Origin: a virus
Taxonomy: Duplodnaviria; Caudoviricetes
Strand: one strand, 5' to 3'
Virus record (IMG/VR): IMGVR_UViG_3300023107_000005
Span: 1 to 43,526 of that record
DNA: 43,526 nucleotides
Part shown: piece by piece, positions 25,356-34,807 of the stretch
Numbering within the stretch: position 1 is the stretch's first letter
Layout: each line of letters starts with the position of its first letter
Position numbers and translations under genes: made by a program
The notes under the pieces: model-generated
The model's database searches: none
Seen by the model: the letters and a program-made list of their open reading frames with translations, nothing else
What the model was told of the DNA's origin: nothing

Positions 25356-27053
25356 TTAGACACTACCCCAGCGGAAGACTTGCTGCTGGGCCGTTTGCAC
25401 GGCTTTCCACAGGCCCGACGGGCCGTCATCGTGGGAGCCCACGCCCTGGATACCCTTGTTGGTGTAGGCCATCGAGCCCAGCTGGCCGAAGAGCCAGTCC
25501 ACCTCGTTGCGGGAATGCTCATCGCCCACGGGGAAGTGGAAGCGCCCCTGCTGGAAGAGGACCACCAGCGACGGAATGCCCTTCAGCAGCGAGTTCTTAT
25601 CCACGCCGGTGGTAATGCCGATAACCGGCAGGCCGGCGCGCTCAGCCTCCTGGCGGAAAATGTCCTGCATGGCATTGTCCTCCATGCCGATCAGATCATG
25701 CCGGAACTGCTGCCAGAGCATCTTGATGATGCTTTGCTGGTCATTGTAGCCGATAGCGTTGCCGCGGAAGATGTTCAGCAGCCAGTAGTGCTCCACGTCG
25801 CCGCGCATCTCCACGCCCAGGGTCACGAACACGCTATCATCGCTGCCCACGTTACCGCTGATAGCAAAGTCGCATCCCATGACCACCCGGGAAAAGGGCA
25901 TAGGGGCACTTTGGATGTTGCTAATTAGCGAGTACACCTCCATGCCCCGGGTGGCCATCTCCAGTGTCTGCCGCGGGAAGAGCGTGGTATCGTTGCTCAC
26001 GGCGTTTACCAGCAGCTCCTGGGTGAAGGCGATAATGCCCAGGTCGCGCTTCTTGTCCATGATAGCCTGGTAGCTGTGGCGGGCCTCGTAGAGCAGCGTA
26101 CCGTCGGGGAACAGGGCCGGGTACTCCAGGTAGCGGAAGGACTTCATCTTCTTCCGGATCTGGGCGTACAGGTCATTCTGGTGCAGGGGCGTGCCCACGC
26201 CGATCAGCTGGCCGTGGGGGACGATCATGGGGATCATCACCCGGGTGAAGAAGGCCCACATCTTATCGCGCGCCGTCTGGGAGTAGGTCATGCTCTCGTC
26301 GAGCAGGTCATCGAACACACCCCAGCCTGGGTGCAGGCCCCGCTTGGTCGGGTAGGACTTCACCATCAGGTTGGCCCCGTTGGCCGTGCGGATCTTCTCG
26401 GCGCCCCACGTGCCGGCCGCCGTACGTCCCCGGGGCAGCATGACCTCGCGCAGCATCTCGGTTTCCTCGATAGCCGTCTTGATCTCCTCCAGGAAGCCTT
26501 TGCCCAGGTCGAGGCTGTTGGTGAACAGCACGCCTTTCTCACAGAGCCGGTAGCGCAGGGGCTGCTGCAGGTAGCTCGTGCTCTTGCGGTAGCGGTAGAG
26601 CATCCAGAGCGGGTAGGCAAAGGAGAAGAAGTAGCTCTTGCCGTGGTCCCGGGCGGCGAGTATGCAGAGCTGCCGGTGCCACTGCACCATTTGGGCCCAC
26701 TCCACGGTATGCCAGTTCAGATCGAAGCTGGGCAGGGCCGTTTGGATGAAGTAGAGCAGGTTTTCCCGCATGCACGTTTCGTGCATGGAGTCGGCCAGGT
26801 TGGGGATGAGCTGGAGCGCGTCGGCCTGGGGCGGAATCACGCCGACGGCGGAGGGGTCGAGCAGCCGACGGCTCTCGGCGATGATGTCGTCGAAGATGCC
26901 CTGCAGATCGGCCTCAGAGCCGCCGTTGAGCAGCTCGAAGACCAGCTCGTCGGGCAGTTGGTCGATAACGCTCTTGCCTAGCTGCAGGGCATGCGTATCC
27001 TGGGAAGGCAACAGCAGGCTGGGGCGGCCGGCAGGCGGGGTGGTGGTGAGCAA
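25356..27053 (-). CDS. terL: Terminase large subunit
   Basis: Walker A AARDHGKS, RGLHP...VFDD, GVGTP, FTQEL, nuclease GCDFA...SDDS, HDD. Confidence 0.95.
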   Translation of the reverse strand: MLTTTPPAGRPSLLLPSQDTHALQLGKSVIDQLPDELVFELLNGGSEADLQGIFDDIIAESRRLLDPSAVGVIPPQADALQLIPNLADSMHETCMRENLLYFIQTALPSFDLNWHTVEWAQMVQWHRQLCILAARDHGKSYFFSFAYPLWMLYRYRKSTSYLQQPLRYRLCEKGVLFTNSLDLGKGFLEEIKTAIEETEMLREVMLPRGRTAAGTWGAEKIRTANGANLMVKSYPTKRGLHPGWGVFDDLLDESMTYSQTARDKMWAFFTRVMIPMIVPHGQLIGVGTPLHQNDLYAQIRKKMKSFRYLEYPALFPDGTLLYEARHSYQAIMDKKRDLGIIAFTQELLVNAVSNDTTLFPRQTLEMATRGMEVYSLISNIQSAPMPFSRVVMGCDFAISGNVGSDDSVFVTLGVEMRGDVEHYWLLNIFRGNAIGYNDQQSIIKMLWQQFRHDLIGMEDNAMQDIFRQEAERAGLPVIGITTGVDKNSLLKGIPSLVVLFQQGRFHFPVGDEHSRNEVDWLFGQLGSMAYTNKGIQGVGSHDDGPSGLWKAVQTAQQQVFRWGSV

Positions 27054-27111
27054 GCGAGCGGGCGTAAAACGACCGAGGCGATGATGTCACACCGAGCAGG
27101 GAGCGATTGGG

Positions 27112-27726
27112 CTAGGCGCCGTGCAGCTCCAGAGGTTCTTTCTGGTTGGCTAGGCGGGCTTCGTTGAGGCGGGCGTGGGCCGCGTCACGCTCTGCGCGGG
27201 TGGTAAAGGCTACTTGGAAGTTAGCATAGGGCGTGCGCTCGCCGGCGCCCGGGTTCAGGATCAGCACGTACTCCGGGGCGCACCGGTTGTAGTCGTAGCC
27301 GGTCTTGATCGTGGCCGTGTAGATTTCGAAGGCCTCAATCAGGTGGGGCCCCACGTACACGGCCGGCGAGGGCACGGGCGCGTCCTCGGCGCCGAGCAGC
27401 TGGCCCAGGCTCAGCCCACTGCCCTGGGAGCCCTCGCGCCGGCCGGACTGCTTTAAGTGCTGCAGCAGGCCGCGTTGGGCTACGGGGGAGCCATCGGTGG
27501 CCATCTTCTGCTGCCTGAAGAGCAGGTCGCTCTCGTACTTACTGCGAATGTGCCCCGCGTAGAGCGTGTAGCCCTGCTTGCCCGGCGCGTTGGCCAGGCA
27601 CCAGGCGTCGAGCTCCTCGGGGCTGCAGTTAAAGTAAAGGGCCGCGCCGTTGAGGTCGCGGCCCTGCTGAGCTTGTATTCTAATCTCCTTTAGGAGATAG
27701 GCTGGGTCGTTAAGATGCGGAAGCAT
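27112..27726 (-). CDS. terS: Terminase small subunit (putative)
   Basis: Upstream of TerL; HTH-like AALYFNCSPEELDAW followed by LLFRQQKMATDGSPVAQRGLL, as in HTH-type TerS. Confidence 0.65.
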   Translation of the reverse strand: MLPHLNDPAYLLKEIRIQAQQGRDLNGAALYFNCSPEELDAWCLANAPGKQGYTLYAGHIRSKYESDLLFRQQKMATDGSPVAQRGLLQHLKQSGRREGSQGSGLSLGQLLGAEDAPVPSPAVYVGPHLIEAFEIYTATIKTGYDYNRCAPEYVLILNPGAGERTPYANFQVAFTTRAERDAAHARLNEARLANQKEPLELHGA

Positions 27727-28199
27727 TTGTCGTGGTGGGGATAGCCCGGCACCTGGTGATGCTCCGGCGTGGTGACAACGTAGAACGAGAAGGTGCCGGG
27801 CTCCCGGCCGGTCATCTCAAAGAATTTTAGCGCTAGGTTCTTGCAGTTGAGCACCGCGCCGAACTCGAGCAGTGTGTCGACCGTTGCGGTGCTGCTCTTG
27901 CTCTTGCCGCGGCGCAGCTTGATCAGGTAGCCGCTCTTATCAGTCGAGCTGACTGGGAACAGGAACCAGTCCATGGGACTATCCTTGTGGTAGAGCAGCT
28001 TCAGGCGGCTGCCATCCCCCAGTTCCATGGCCTGAATCAGTAGCTTGGTGATGTAGATGTTGCCGCGCTCATCCAGGCGCATGCAGGCCTTATCGCGCAG
28101 CGTGCGCTGCTTGATATTCTGGTCCAGCACTTCGAAAGGGCTGTCGAGGGGGGAGGCTGGGGTGGTGGGGGAATCGGGGGCGTTCGAAGCAGCGCTCAT
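27690..28199 (-). CDS. Hypothetical protein, possibly AbrB/MazE-like DNA-binding
   Basis: RLDERGNIYITKLLIQAMELGDGSRL resembles the AbrB swapped-hairpin signature. Confidence 0.55.
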   Translation of the reverse strand: MSAASNAPDSPTTPASPLDSPFEVLDQNIKQRTLRDKACMRLDERGNIYITKLLIQAMELGDGSRLKLLYHKDSPMDWFLFPVSSTDKSGYLIKLRRGKSKSSTATVDTLLEFGAVLNCKNLALKFFEMTGREPGTFSFYVVTTPEHHQVPGYPHHDKCFRILTTQPIS

Positions 28200-28302
28200 C
28201 GGCGAGGTGAGAGAAGAAAATGTGGGGAGGGGTACCCTGAAAGATACTCAGACGGGCAGCGAGTTCCCCGCAGCTGGTGGCCACCACGTGGCTGCAAAAG
28301 AA

Positions 28303-28345
28303 ATGCCCCGCCGATCAAGCTGGGGCGGCAAAATCGGCGGGGCAT
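28303..28345. terminator. 13-bp stem hairpin
   Basis: ATGCCCCGCCGAT...ATCGGCGGGGCAT flanked by an A-rich run. Confidence 0.6.
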
Positions 28346-28559
28346 CAGAGTTGCAATAGGGGTACTCAGGGCAGCGGCTGGGTTGGGCTGGGTTGTTGCA
28401 ATGGGCAATCGGGTCAGGGCAAAACCGGCGGTGGGTAGCCGCCGGGCAATAAAAGACGGGGGAAGCAGCTGGCTCCGTTGGGGAGCCGGGCCAGCACGCT
28501 GATAAGGCGGGGTTAGGAAGTTAGAGTAACAGGTAAGAAGCGGTGGGGCGCCGCGGGGA

Positions 28560-28822
28560 CTTTCCGACTACCTACAAACCTAATGGCTTATAATTAAGTA
28601 GCCAAATCAGACTTGTAAATAGGGTCCTATTTTTACGTAATAGTTGTCTTAGTGGACAATTAAGTTTAGAGGTGAAAGGGTAATTTAATGACTAAGTAGC
28701 TCTCTAATACAATGCCAGAGCCGTTAATTACTTAACTGATGGGGCACAAATATATTTCATTAGGACGCAAAAAACCTCCCTATTTCTTGCTGAATTAGGG
28801 AGCCTTTTGGGCATTTAAATAA
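28560..28822. promoter_or_regulatory. AT-rich control region with minus-strand TATATTTG box (28747-28754) and terminator (28769-28808)
   Basis: Marked AT enrichment; CAAATATA; CTCCCTA...TAGGGAG hairpin with A-run. Confidence 0.6.
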
Positions 28823-29143
28823 CTACTCTGGCCGGCGGGCGTTCGGGTTGGGGCTGATTAAGGCTCGGTCAAACACCTCGTAAAGCGCGTCGAGGTGGTG
28901 TGCTTGAACCCGTTTCAGTGTGCCAGCGAAGAGCGCCTTGACCAGCGAGTGGCTGAGTTTGGCTTTCTTCGCTATCCAGGAAAGGGAGAATAACCCCTTC
29001 CGGAAGGCATACCACTCTAATAGTCCGTTATATTCCTCCAAAACATTCCGCCCCGGTGGATCGGGGCGGGGTGGACGTCCTGGACGGGGTCGGCTGGGCA
29101 AATTCGGCTGCGGTGGGTCTGCATCACTGTCTGGTGTTTGCAT
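28823..29143 (-). CDS. Cro/XRE-like HTH transcriptional regulator
   Basis: SLSWIAKKAKLSHSLVKALFAG HTH-like; N-terminal RPGRPPR (AT-hook-like). Confidence 0.65.
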   Translation of the reverse strand: MQTPDSDADPPQPNLPSRPRPGRPPRPDPPGRNVLEEYNGLLEWYAFRKGLFSLSWIAKKAKLSHSLVKALFAGTLKRVQAHHLDALYEVFDRALISPNPNARRPE

Positions 29144-29208
29144 GGGGGTTGGACTGGTCTGAACTGCAAATAGAGCAGTTTGGACGCTTTTTTTTACTCC
29201 TGGTTAAT

Positions 29209-30180
29209 TTAACGGTAGCGTTTAGTAAGGGCAGAAACGATGAAGGGCAGGAGCTCGCGCTCGGGCAAGCCCAGTCGGCGCACCATAGCGAGGGCCACAT
29301 CCTGGCGCAGCTTGGCGGCGCCGGTGATGCCGTTGTCGCGCAGCAGCTGCTGCAGCTCTTTTACCCAAAGTGCAATTTCAGGGCTCCGCCGAAGCGGGGA
29401 GGGGCGGGCTACGCGCAGCTCATTTAGATGCGCCTGGCCACCGCCGGCGGGCGCCACCACGAGCAGGCCCACCCAGTCGGGGACCATGTCGGCTACTTTC
29501 TGGGCATATACGTTGCCCGTCACCACGGTAATCTTGTGGAAAAACTCCCCGTAGCCCTCCAGCTGCTTGGCCAGGCGGGTGAGGCTGTCGTGGTCAGACT
29601 TGATTTCGTAGGCATGGAAGCTGTGGTTTTCGAAGATGGCCACGTCGGGCCGGGTATTCCAGAGCTGCCCCCACTCCTCCTTGATCAGCACGCCGGGCGT
29701 GGCGTGGCGCTGCTTCAGCCAGGGGCGCAGGTGCACCCGAATGTCTTTATCCTTCATTACGTAGGGACGATTCCAGGCCTTGATGGCCTGATCAGGCGTT
29801 TTGTGGGGCGCCGTTTCCGGGCGAACGGGGCAGCTGGGCTCCTGGCAGAGCAGCCGGTAGGCCAGGCCGCCCGCGTGCTGGTAAAGATGCAGCTGCGGCT
29901 CGGCTTCGAAGTCGAGGCAGGGCACTACCTGGCAGAAGGGGCAGGCCGCCGCCGGCAGCACGGGCGCCGGCGGCGGGGCCAGCTGCAGGCGCTGCTGCAC
30001 GGCGCGGATGATGCGCCCCCGGGCGGCCGCGTGCTCTGCCTCGGGCAGGCCCTGCAGGGAGGTGAGCAGCTGCTGCGTGTTCAGACGCAGGCGCCACTCG
30101 GGGAAGTTCTGGTGCACGCCGAGCACGTGGCTCCAGTGCTCCGGATCCGGGTGGCTGAGGTAGTCACGCCAGGAGCTCAT
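29209..30180 (-). CDS. Lar-like Zn finger fused to a sce7726-like PD-(D/E)xK nuclease
   Basis: CPFC...CQEPSC...AIKAWNR, then KDKDIR...RPDVA...AYEIKSDHDSLTRLAKQLEGY; start ATG 30180, internal ATG at 29757. Confidence 0.75.
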   Translation of the reverse strand: MSSWRDYLSHPDPEHWSHVLGVHQNFPEWRLRLNTQQLLTSLQGLPEAEHAAARGRIIRAVQQRLQLAPPPAPVLPAAACPFCQVVPCLDFEAEPQLHLYQHAGGLAYRLLCQEPSCPVRPETAPHKTPDQAIKAWNRPYVMKDKDIRVHLRPWLKQRHATPGVLIKEEWGQLWNTRPDVAIFENHSFHAYEIKSDHDSLTRLAKQLEGYGEFFHKITVVTGNVYAQKVADMVPDWVGLLVVAPAGGGQAHLNELRVARPSPLRRSPEIALWVKELQQLLRDNGITGAAKLRQDVALAMVRRLGLPERELLPFIVSALTKRYR

Positions 30181-30202
30181 GCGCCGGGGCGCCGGCCAGG
30201 CG

Positions 30203-30616
30203 CTACTTGGGCTTGCGCGAGGGGGGCACAGCCTGGTAGGTGAAGACGGCGCCGTAGTCGCTGAGCAGCACCAGGCGCGAGGGCGTGATCGTGCGCAGAA
30301 ACCAGTAGCCGGTGCGAGCCGGCGAGGGAGAGCTGGTATCGAGCCGCAGCACGTTGGACGGGTGCGTGCTGAGCTCGTAGCGGCCGGCCTGGCCGGCACC
30401 GGTGGCCGAGGCGACGCGGAACGTGCCGTCCGCGCGCAGGCGCAGGATGGCCCGCTGCGTGGCCGTGGCCAGGATGCGCCCTTCCGGGCTCTGTACCTGG
30501 GTCAGGCGCCAGCCGGCCGGCCGTCGAAGCAGGCGTAGCGTGTCGATGGGTACCTGAGCAACCAGGCAATAGCTCAGCAGCAGGCAGCTGAGCAACGCGG
30601 AAAGGAACAGCTTCAT
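30203..30616 (-). CDS. Secreted lipocalin-like protein
   Basis: Signal peptide MKLFLSALLSCLLLSYCLVA; GWRLTQV...LRLRADGTF...GRYEL; TACATTTG box at 30657-30664. Confidence 0.65.
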   Translation of the reverse strand: MKLFLSALLSCLLLSYCLVAQVPIDTLRLLRRPAGWRLTQVQSPEGRILATATQRAILRLRADGTFRVASATGAGQAGRYELSTHPSNVLRLDTSSPSPARTGYWFLRTITPSRLVLLSDYGAVFTYQAVPPSRKPK

Positions 30617-30712
30617 TCGGGGTCTGATTGGTACTTTGGCGCGGGTCGGAGAGGCGCAAATGTACAAACTGACGCGTAAAGGACTGTTTTAGGCTTTTTG
30701 AGTTGGGTTTTT

Positions 30713-31240
30713 TCATGTAAAAGGCTGCCTGGGATGCTTCAGGGCCAAGTACAGGGGGTGGCGGGGAGTCCCACTGCGCGTAAGCCCCAGGCACTGCACG
30801 GGCTTGCCGCAGCCGGCCAGCAGCAGCCGCACCTGGTCGGCACGGTCGGCGCCGGCGTTGGCACCCCAGGCCACCAGCACCTCATCGGCCGCCTGCAGCG
30901 CGCGCCGGATCCGCTCGTCGTTGTCGGGCCCGACCGGGTCGGCTACCTGCAGCAGCTGCCGCGGGTCGGTGGAACGCCAGGCGTAGAGGTTCACCACGTC
31001 GAGCCCACCGAAGCCCCAGTACTGGGCCAGGCGCCGGCACTGGCGGATGGTGGCATCGTCGAGCCGGCCGTCGGCCGTACTGGGGTTGAGCATGATAAAG
31101 AGCACGCGCCGGTGCACCCCGAACGACCAGCTCCGGCTCAGGTAGTAGCGGTAGCGGCCGCAGGGGCTCAGCTCGGCCGAGGCCGGCGCGGGCGCGTCGT
31201 CGAATACAAGGCCGCCGGGGGTGGGGACCGGGCTGCTCAT
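30713..31240 (-). CDS. DUF1643 family protein
   Basis: YRYYLSRSW, FIMLNPSTAD...DATI, VVNLYA, LVAWG, PRHPLY. Confidence 0.9.
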   Translation of the reverse strand: MSSPVPTPGGLVFDDAPAPASAELSPCGRYRYYLSRSWSFGVHRRVLFIMLNPSTADGRLDDATIRQCRRLAQYWGFGGLDVVNLYAWRSTDPRQLLQVADPVGPDNDERIRRALQAADEVLVAWGANAGADRADQVRLLLAGCGKPVQCLGLTRSGTPRHPLYLALKHPRQPFT

Positions 31241-31701
31241 GCCCGGGCCGCGCTGAGCTCGGGCATCGTCAGCTCGTGGTAGAGGTAGTATTCCAGCAGG
31301 GCCTTGCAGAGGGCCACCTCGATGGTGTCGGCGCGGCCGAAGCCACGGCGGTACTTACCCTCCAGCACCACGCTCCAGCCGTCGACACCCTGGGTAATGC
31401 TCAAGCGCCGGCGGTCACTCTGCGGATCGTGGGGATGGCCTTGCTCCAGCACCCGGTGGGCGGCCCGGTAGACTTCTACGGGGTTGTTGGAATAGGCCGG
31501 CACCTGCACGCCGTTGAGCAGGTTGCCCTTAATCTGCTTATGCCGCAGGCCGGGCGGCAACATAATGCGCCGGGGCGTGGCCAGGGGCTTGCCCTGGGCG
31601 TCGGCTGTTACGGGCAGCTCCAGCCAGCCGCAGCAGGTGGTGGCCACGAGCTTGTCGAGCTGCTCGCCGGCGACCAGCTCTTCGATTTCTTTAGTAGTCA
31701 T
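31237..31701 (-). CDS. Phage ABA-sandwich (BC1872-like) protein
   Basis: GEQLDKLVA...GW, PAYSNN, C-terminal ADTIEVALCKALL. Confidence 0.7.
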   Translation of the reverse strand: MTTKEIEELVAGEQLDKLVATTCCGWLELPVTADAQGKPLATPRRIMLPPGLRHKQIKGNLLNGVQVPAYSNNPVEVYRAAHRVLEQGHPHDPQSDRRRLSITQGVDGWSVVLEGKYRRGFGRADTIEVALCKALLEYYLYHELTMPELSAARA

Positions 31702-32090
31702 TCGGGTAGTTGTTGGGTGAAGCAGTCCAGGTGTTCGATGGCGCCGAAGCGCACGGGCAGCGCTGCCGGCATGGGCGTGCAGGCCAGGGCCGAGACCGCG
31801 GCCGCGTTCCAGCAGCCGTGCTCCAGCACAAAGCCGGTCAGATCATCGAAGGGGTCGACCGCGCGCAGCAGCAGCTTTACATTACTGAGCACCACGTGCA
31901 CCGTGTCGGCCTGGTAGCGCTCGGCCAGCTCGCGCAGCCTGGCCACGTCGAGGTACCAGCCACCAGGCTTGGGATCGTCGAGGCGCAGCTGCTCCCGGAT
32001 GCGGCGACTGTGGACCGGATCCGCCGGCCAGCTCGGGCGCAGAAAGGTGGGCGGGCCTACGAAAAACTTGAGGTACTCTTCTGGGCTCAT
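31698..32090 (-). CDS. Hypothetical protein
   Basis: ATGA-coupled ORF. Confidence 0.65.
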   Translation of the reverse strand: MSPEEYLKFFVGPPTFLRPSWPADPVHSRRIREQLRLDDPKPGGWYLDVARLRELAERYQADTVHVVLSNVKLLLRAVDPFDDLTGFVLEHGCWNAAAVSALACTPMPAALPVRFGAIEHLDCFTQQLPE

Positions 32091-32251
32091 GGGGCAATCA
32101 GCAGGTAAAGCAGCACGTAGCCGCCGGCAGCAATGCAGCTATCCTGCAGCATCTCTTGCGGGGTGTGGGCGGGGTGAAAGACCTGGCCGATCAGGAACGA
32201 GGTGGCCACGCCGAGCAGGTAGTCCTTCAGGCGCCAGCGGGGCTTGCTCAT
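32087..32251 (-). CDS. Small membrane protein (54 aa, below the ORF-track cutoff)
   Basis: MSKPRWRLKDYLLGVATSFLIGQVF...GGYVLLYLLIAP; ATGA overlaps at both ends. Confidence 0.55.
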   Translation of the reverse strand: MSKPRWRLKDYLLGVATSFLIGQVFHPAHTPQEMLQDSCIAAGGYVLLYLLIAP

Positions 32252-32802
32252 AGGTGGGACCGGTAAAAATCGACCAGGGCGGGAGCCCAGGGCTTGGGCT
32301 CGGTCAGGTTGGTGGCCAGGTGCACCAGCACGGCGTAGGGCAGCTGGGTGAGCAGCGCCGCCGGCGGGATCCAGAGCCCCTGGTGGCCACCGCAGTCAAT
32401 CGGCTCCGGGAACGCGAGCGGGGCCTCCATTTTCCAGCCGAAGCGGCCGTCGTCGAAGTTGCCAAAGGCCAGCTCCTGGGGCATGGTGAGCCGGTCGGCT
32501 TTCACCTGCTCGGCCGGCCGCACATCGCTCAGGAAGACGGCGCCCACCAGGCCGCTGCGGGCGTGGCCGCGCAGCTTACCGCGGTAGCTCATGCGCATGT
32601 AGTCGACCAGGTCCTGGTTTTCTCGCCAGCCCTTGAATTCCTCTTTGCCGGCGTGGATCAGCAGCCAGCCGCGGTAGCTCACCGACCAGCTGCGGGTTTC
32701 GTGGTGTTTGTGGCCGTCGACGGAAAGCGAGGCGTAGGGCTGCTGCAGCGTGAGGGCCCGCAGCGTGGCCAGCTGCTGCACCAGGTGCAAGATATGTTTC
32801 AT
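32248..32802 (-). CDS. ASCH domain protein
   Basis: ALTLQQPYASL...GHKHHETRSW...YRGWLLIHAGK...GHQGLW. Confidence 0.9.
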   Translation of the reverse strand: MKHILHLVQQLATLRALTLQQPYASLSVDGHKHHETRSWSVSYRGWLLIHAGKEEFKGWRENQDLVDYMRMSYRGKLRGHARSGLVGAVFLSDVRPAEQVKADRLTMPQELAFGNFDDGRFGWKMEAPLAFPEPIDCGGHQGLWIPPAALLTQLPYAVLVHLATNLTEPKPWAPALVDFYRSHL

Positions 32803-33050
32803 AGGGCGGGGCTGTAGGCGGCTAAAAGGTTATCATGGGCCTTGGCAATGCGGGAGACTTCGGCCGTGGCCAGCGCATCGAGGGCCTCGCGGATGCGGCA
32901 ATACAAAATGTACCACGTGTAGAAGAACTCATACTCGTCTTTGCCGGTCAAGAAGCGAGTCCGGAGAGCGTCTTGCTCAAGCACGCGCTCCGCGCGCACG
33001 ACCAGCGCAACCAGGTGGCGGGCCAGCGTGGGCAGGGACACGCTATTCAT
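32799..33050 (-). CDS. Hypothetical protein
   Basis: Start ATG 33050 (MNSVSLP), overlapping the upstream stop. Confidence 0.6.
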   Translation of the reverse strand: MNSVSLPTLARHLVALVVRAERVLEQDALRTRFLTGKDEYEFFYTWYILYCRIREALDALATAEVSRIAKAHDNLLAAYSPAL

Positions 33051-33969
33051 CTTTCTGGGCCTGGGGAAGTGCATGGTATTCTTGCAGCGCCTGCTGCCAC
33101 GTGGCGAAGGTGGCCGTACCCCGGCGCGGTACCGCGGCATCGAGCAGCTCCTCGAGTGCGGCCAGGCCACGGCCCACGGCAGAAGCATCGCGGGCAATGG
33201 CGTTGAGGTTGGAAAACTCCAGGCCCTCCCGGGCCACGCGGATGCGCTCGCGCAGGTGGCGGGCCCGGGTCAGGACCGGCGAGGCGGGGTTGATGCCGCG
33301 GTAGCTCTTGTACCAGTCCACATCCTCGCAGAGCTGAGTGGCCAGGTCGAGCAAGTGCAGCAGGGGTTTGCCGGGAAGTTTAGGGGGAAGGGGCACGGGG
33401 TGGATGGTGGTGTTATAAGGTTTGGATTGCCCGAGCTGCTCAGGCGTCACGCCGTAGGTGCTCAGAATCTGGTCGCGCATGTGCTCCTGCAGTTGGTTCT
33501 GATCCACAAGACCAGGATCATCAAGTACCACCCAGTCAATCTTGAGTGGCTCGATGCGAAAGGGGCCAGGATCCAGGCGCGGCCGCGGTCGAAAGTCCAG
33601 AGTAGGGCCCGGGCGATACAGCAACTGCCGGTGGAACCGCTCGGCCAGCATCATTTGGTGCACCACGTCGAGGGCACCGAGCAAATGTGAGGCGGGGTAG
33701 TATCGCGCGCCGGCATGTAGGGTGCCATGGTTGTCGACGGCCACAATGCGCTTGATCGCCTCGGCTACGTCGGGCTTACTGAGCAGGAAGCGCTGGCTCT
33801 GCCGGCGGCGGCGCACCAGCTGAGGACCGTTGAGCAGGCCTACTTCCGCCGTGTGAATGTCGCGGTTGAGCACACGCGGCAATAGGCGCTCAAGCTCAAG
33901 CCGTTCGGCCCGCCTGGCTCGTTGAGCACGTGAGGTGATGCAGATGCGCTTGGGGCGTTTCAGGGGCAT
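33043..33969 (-). CDS. Hypothetical protein
   Basis: 308-aa ORF in the overlapping gene array. Confidence 0.65.
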   Translation of the reverse strand: MPLKRPKRICITSRAQRARRAERLELERLLPRVLNRDIHTAEVGLLNGPQLVRRRRQSQRFLLSKPDVAEAIKRIVAVDNHGTLHAGARYYPASHLLGALDVVHQMMLAERFHRQLLYRPGPTLDFRPRPRLDPGPFRIEPLKIDWVVLDDPGLVDQNQLQEHMRDQILSTYGVTPEQLGQSKPYNTTIHPVPLPPKLPGKPLLHLLDLATQLCEDVDWYKSYRGINPASPVLTRARHLRERIRVAREGLEFSNLNAIARDASAVGRGLAALEELLDAAVPRRGTATFATWQQALQEYHALPQAQKDE

Positions 33970-34268
33970 AAAACGAGTTGATCGAGGGTGTAATAGTGCC
34001 AGTCGCCCAGCGCGCCGGCGCCGACTTCCTTCAGGCAGTAGAAGGTCAGCCCGTGCACGTGCCAGGGCTCCTGGTCAATGAAGAGCAGCACCAGCTCGTA
34101 GCGGCCGCCGGCGTGGCAGTAGTCGTAGGCGCGCTGGGTCTGCCACTCACTGCCCACGCCGAACAGCAGCTCGTACTCCCGGGCCAACAGCACGCCCAGC
34201 TCGGTGACCTTGGCCAGCTTGCCGCAGTACTCGGGCATGGGCCACGTGGCCAGGCGCCGCGTGGGCAC
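33960..34268 (-). CDS. Hypothetical protein
   Basis: Coupled ORF. Confidence 0.6.
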   Translation of the reverse strand: MPTRRLATWPMPEYCGKLAKVTELGVLLAREYELLFGVGSEWQTQRAYDYCHAGGRYELVLLFIDQEPWHVHGLTFYCLKEVGAGALGDWHYYTLDQLVLCP

Positions 34269-34480
34269 TACAGGATCAGCCGCAGTGGATACACCTCGAT
34301 GGGCGGGCGGTGCTGCTGCAGCTCCCGCTCAAACTCGGCCTGGTCGGCTTCCGCCGGCGCGGCAATGCGCGTGATGAAGGCGTGCACGGGGATGCCGGAA
34401 TCGGTCTGGCCTTCCCATACGCGGGCTGGCACGCCGTTTAAATCGACGATTTGGCTGGTAGAATGGAGCTCAACGTTCAT
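34268..34480 (-). CDS. Hypothetical protein
   Basis: GVPARVWEGQTDSGIPVHAFITRI; coupled ORF. Confidence 0.7.
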   Translation of the reverse strand: MNVELHSTSQIVDLNGVPARVWEGQTDSGIPVHAFITRIAAPAEADQAEFERELQQHRPPIEVYPLRLIL

Positions 34481-34495
34481 AGTCTGGTTGGAGAA

Positions 34496-34738
34496 TTACT
34501 GAGGAAATACTTCGTAGCCCTGTGCATCATAGCACTTGCCATCCAGAAACTCACCCGTTTCCGGAATGAGCATAATAACTGCACTCTCGGCGTGGAAATC
34601 AGGGTCAAGCTCTTCGGTTTTGTGCACGGGTTCAGCGCCTTCCTGAATGACGTGCAGAGTGCCCGATGCCGGCATTCCATAGTGAGCGAGCAGGTTGGTG
34701 ACATGTTCGCGGACGGCTTGTTCTTTGGCTGGTGACAT
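34496..34738 (-). CDS. Small acidic hypothetical protein
   Basis: Start ATG 34738 (MSPAKE). Confidence 0.6.
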   Translation of the reverse strand: MSPAKEQAVREHVTNLLAHYGMPASGTLHVIQEGAEPVHKTEELDPDFHAESAVIMLIPETGEFLDGKCYDAQGYEVFPQ

Positions 34739-34807
34739 GGTGATTGGTGGTTGATTTTCCCGTAATGCCACGGGCGGCTAATCCTCGCCTTTAGGCGCAA
34801 ACTTTAG

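Noticed and set aside
25356-27053. Intein or intron in the terminase or portal
   Set aside because: Lengths are normal, reading frames are continuous and no splicing motifs were seen
28196-28408. 70-aa ORF upstream of the AbrB-like gene
   Set aside because: Non-ATG start, spans a strong hairpin and has no motif; more likely leader sequence
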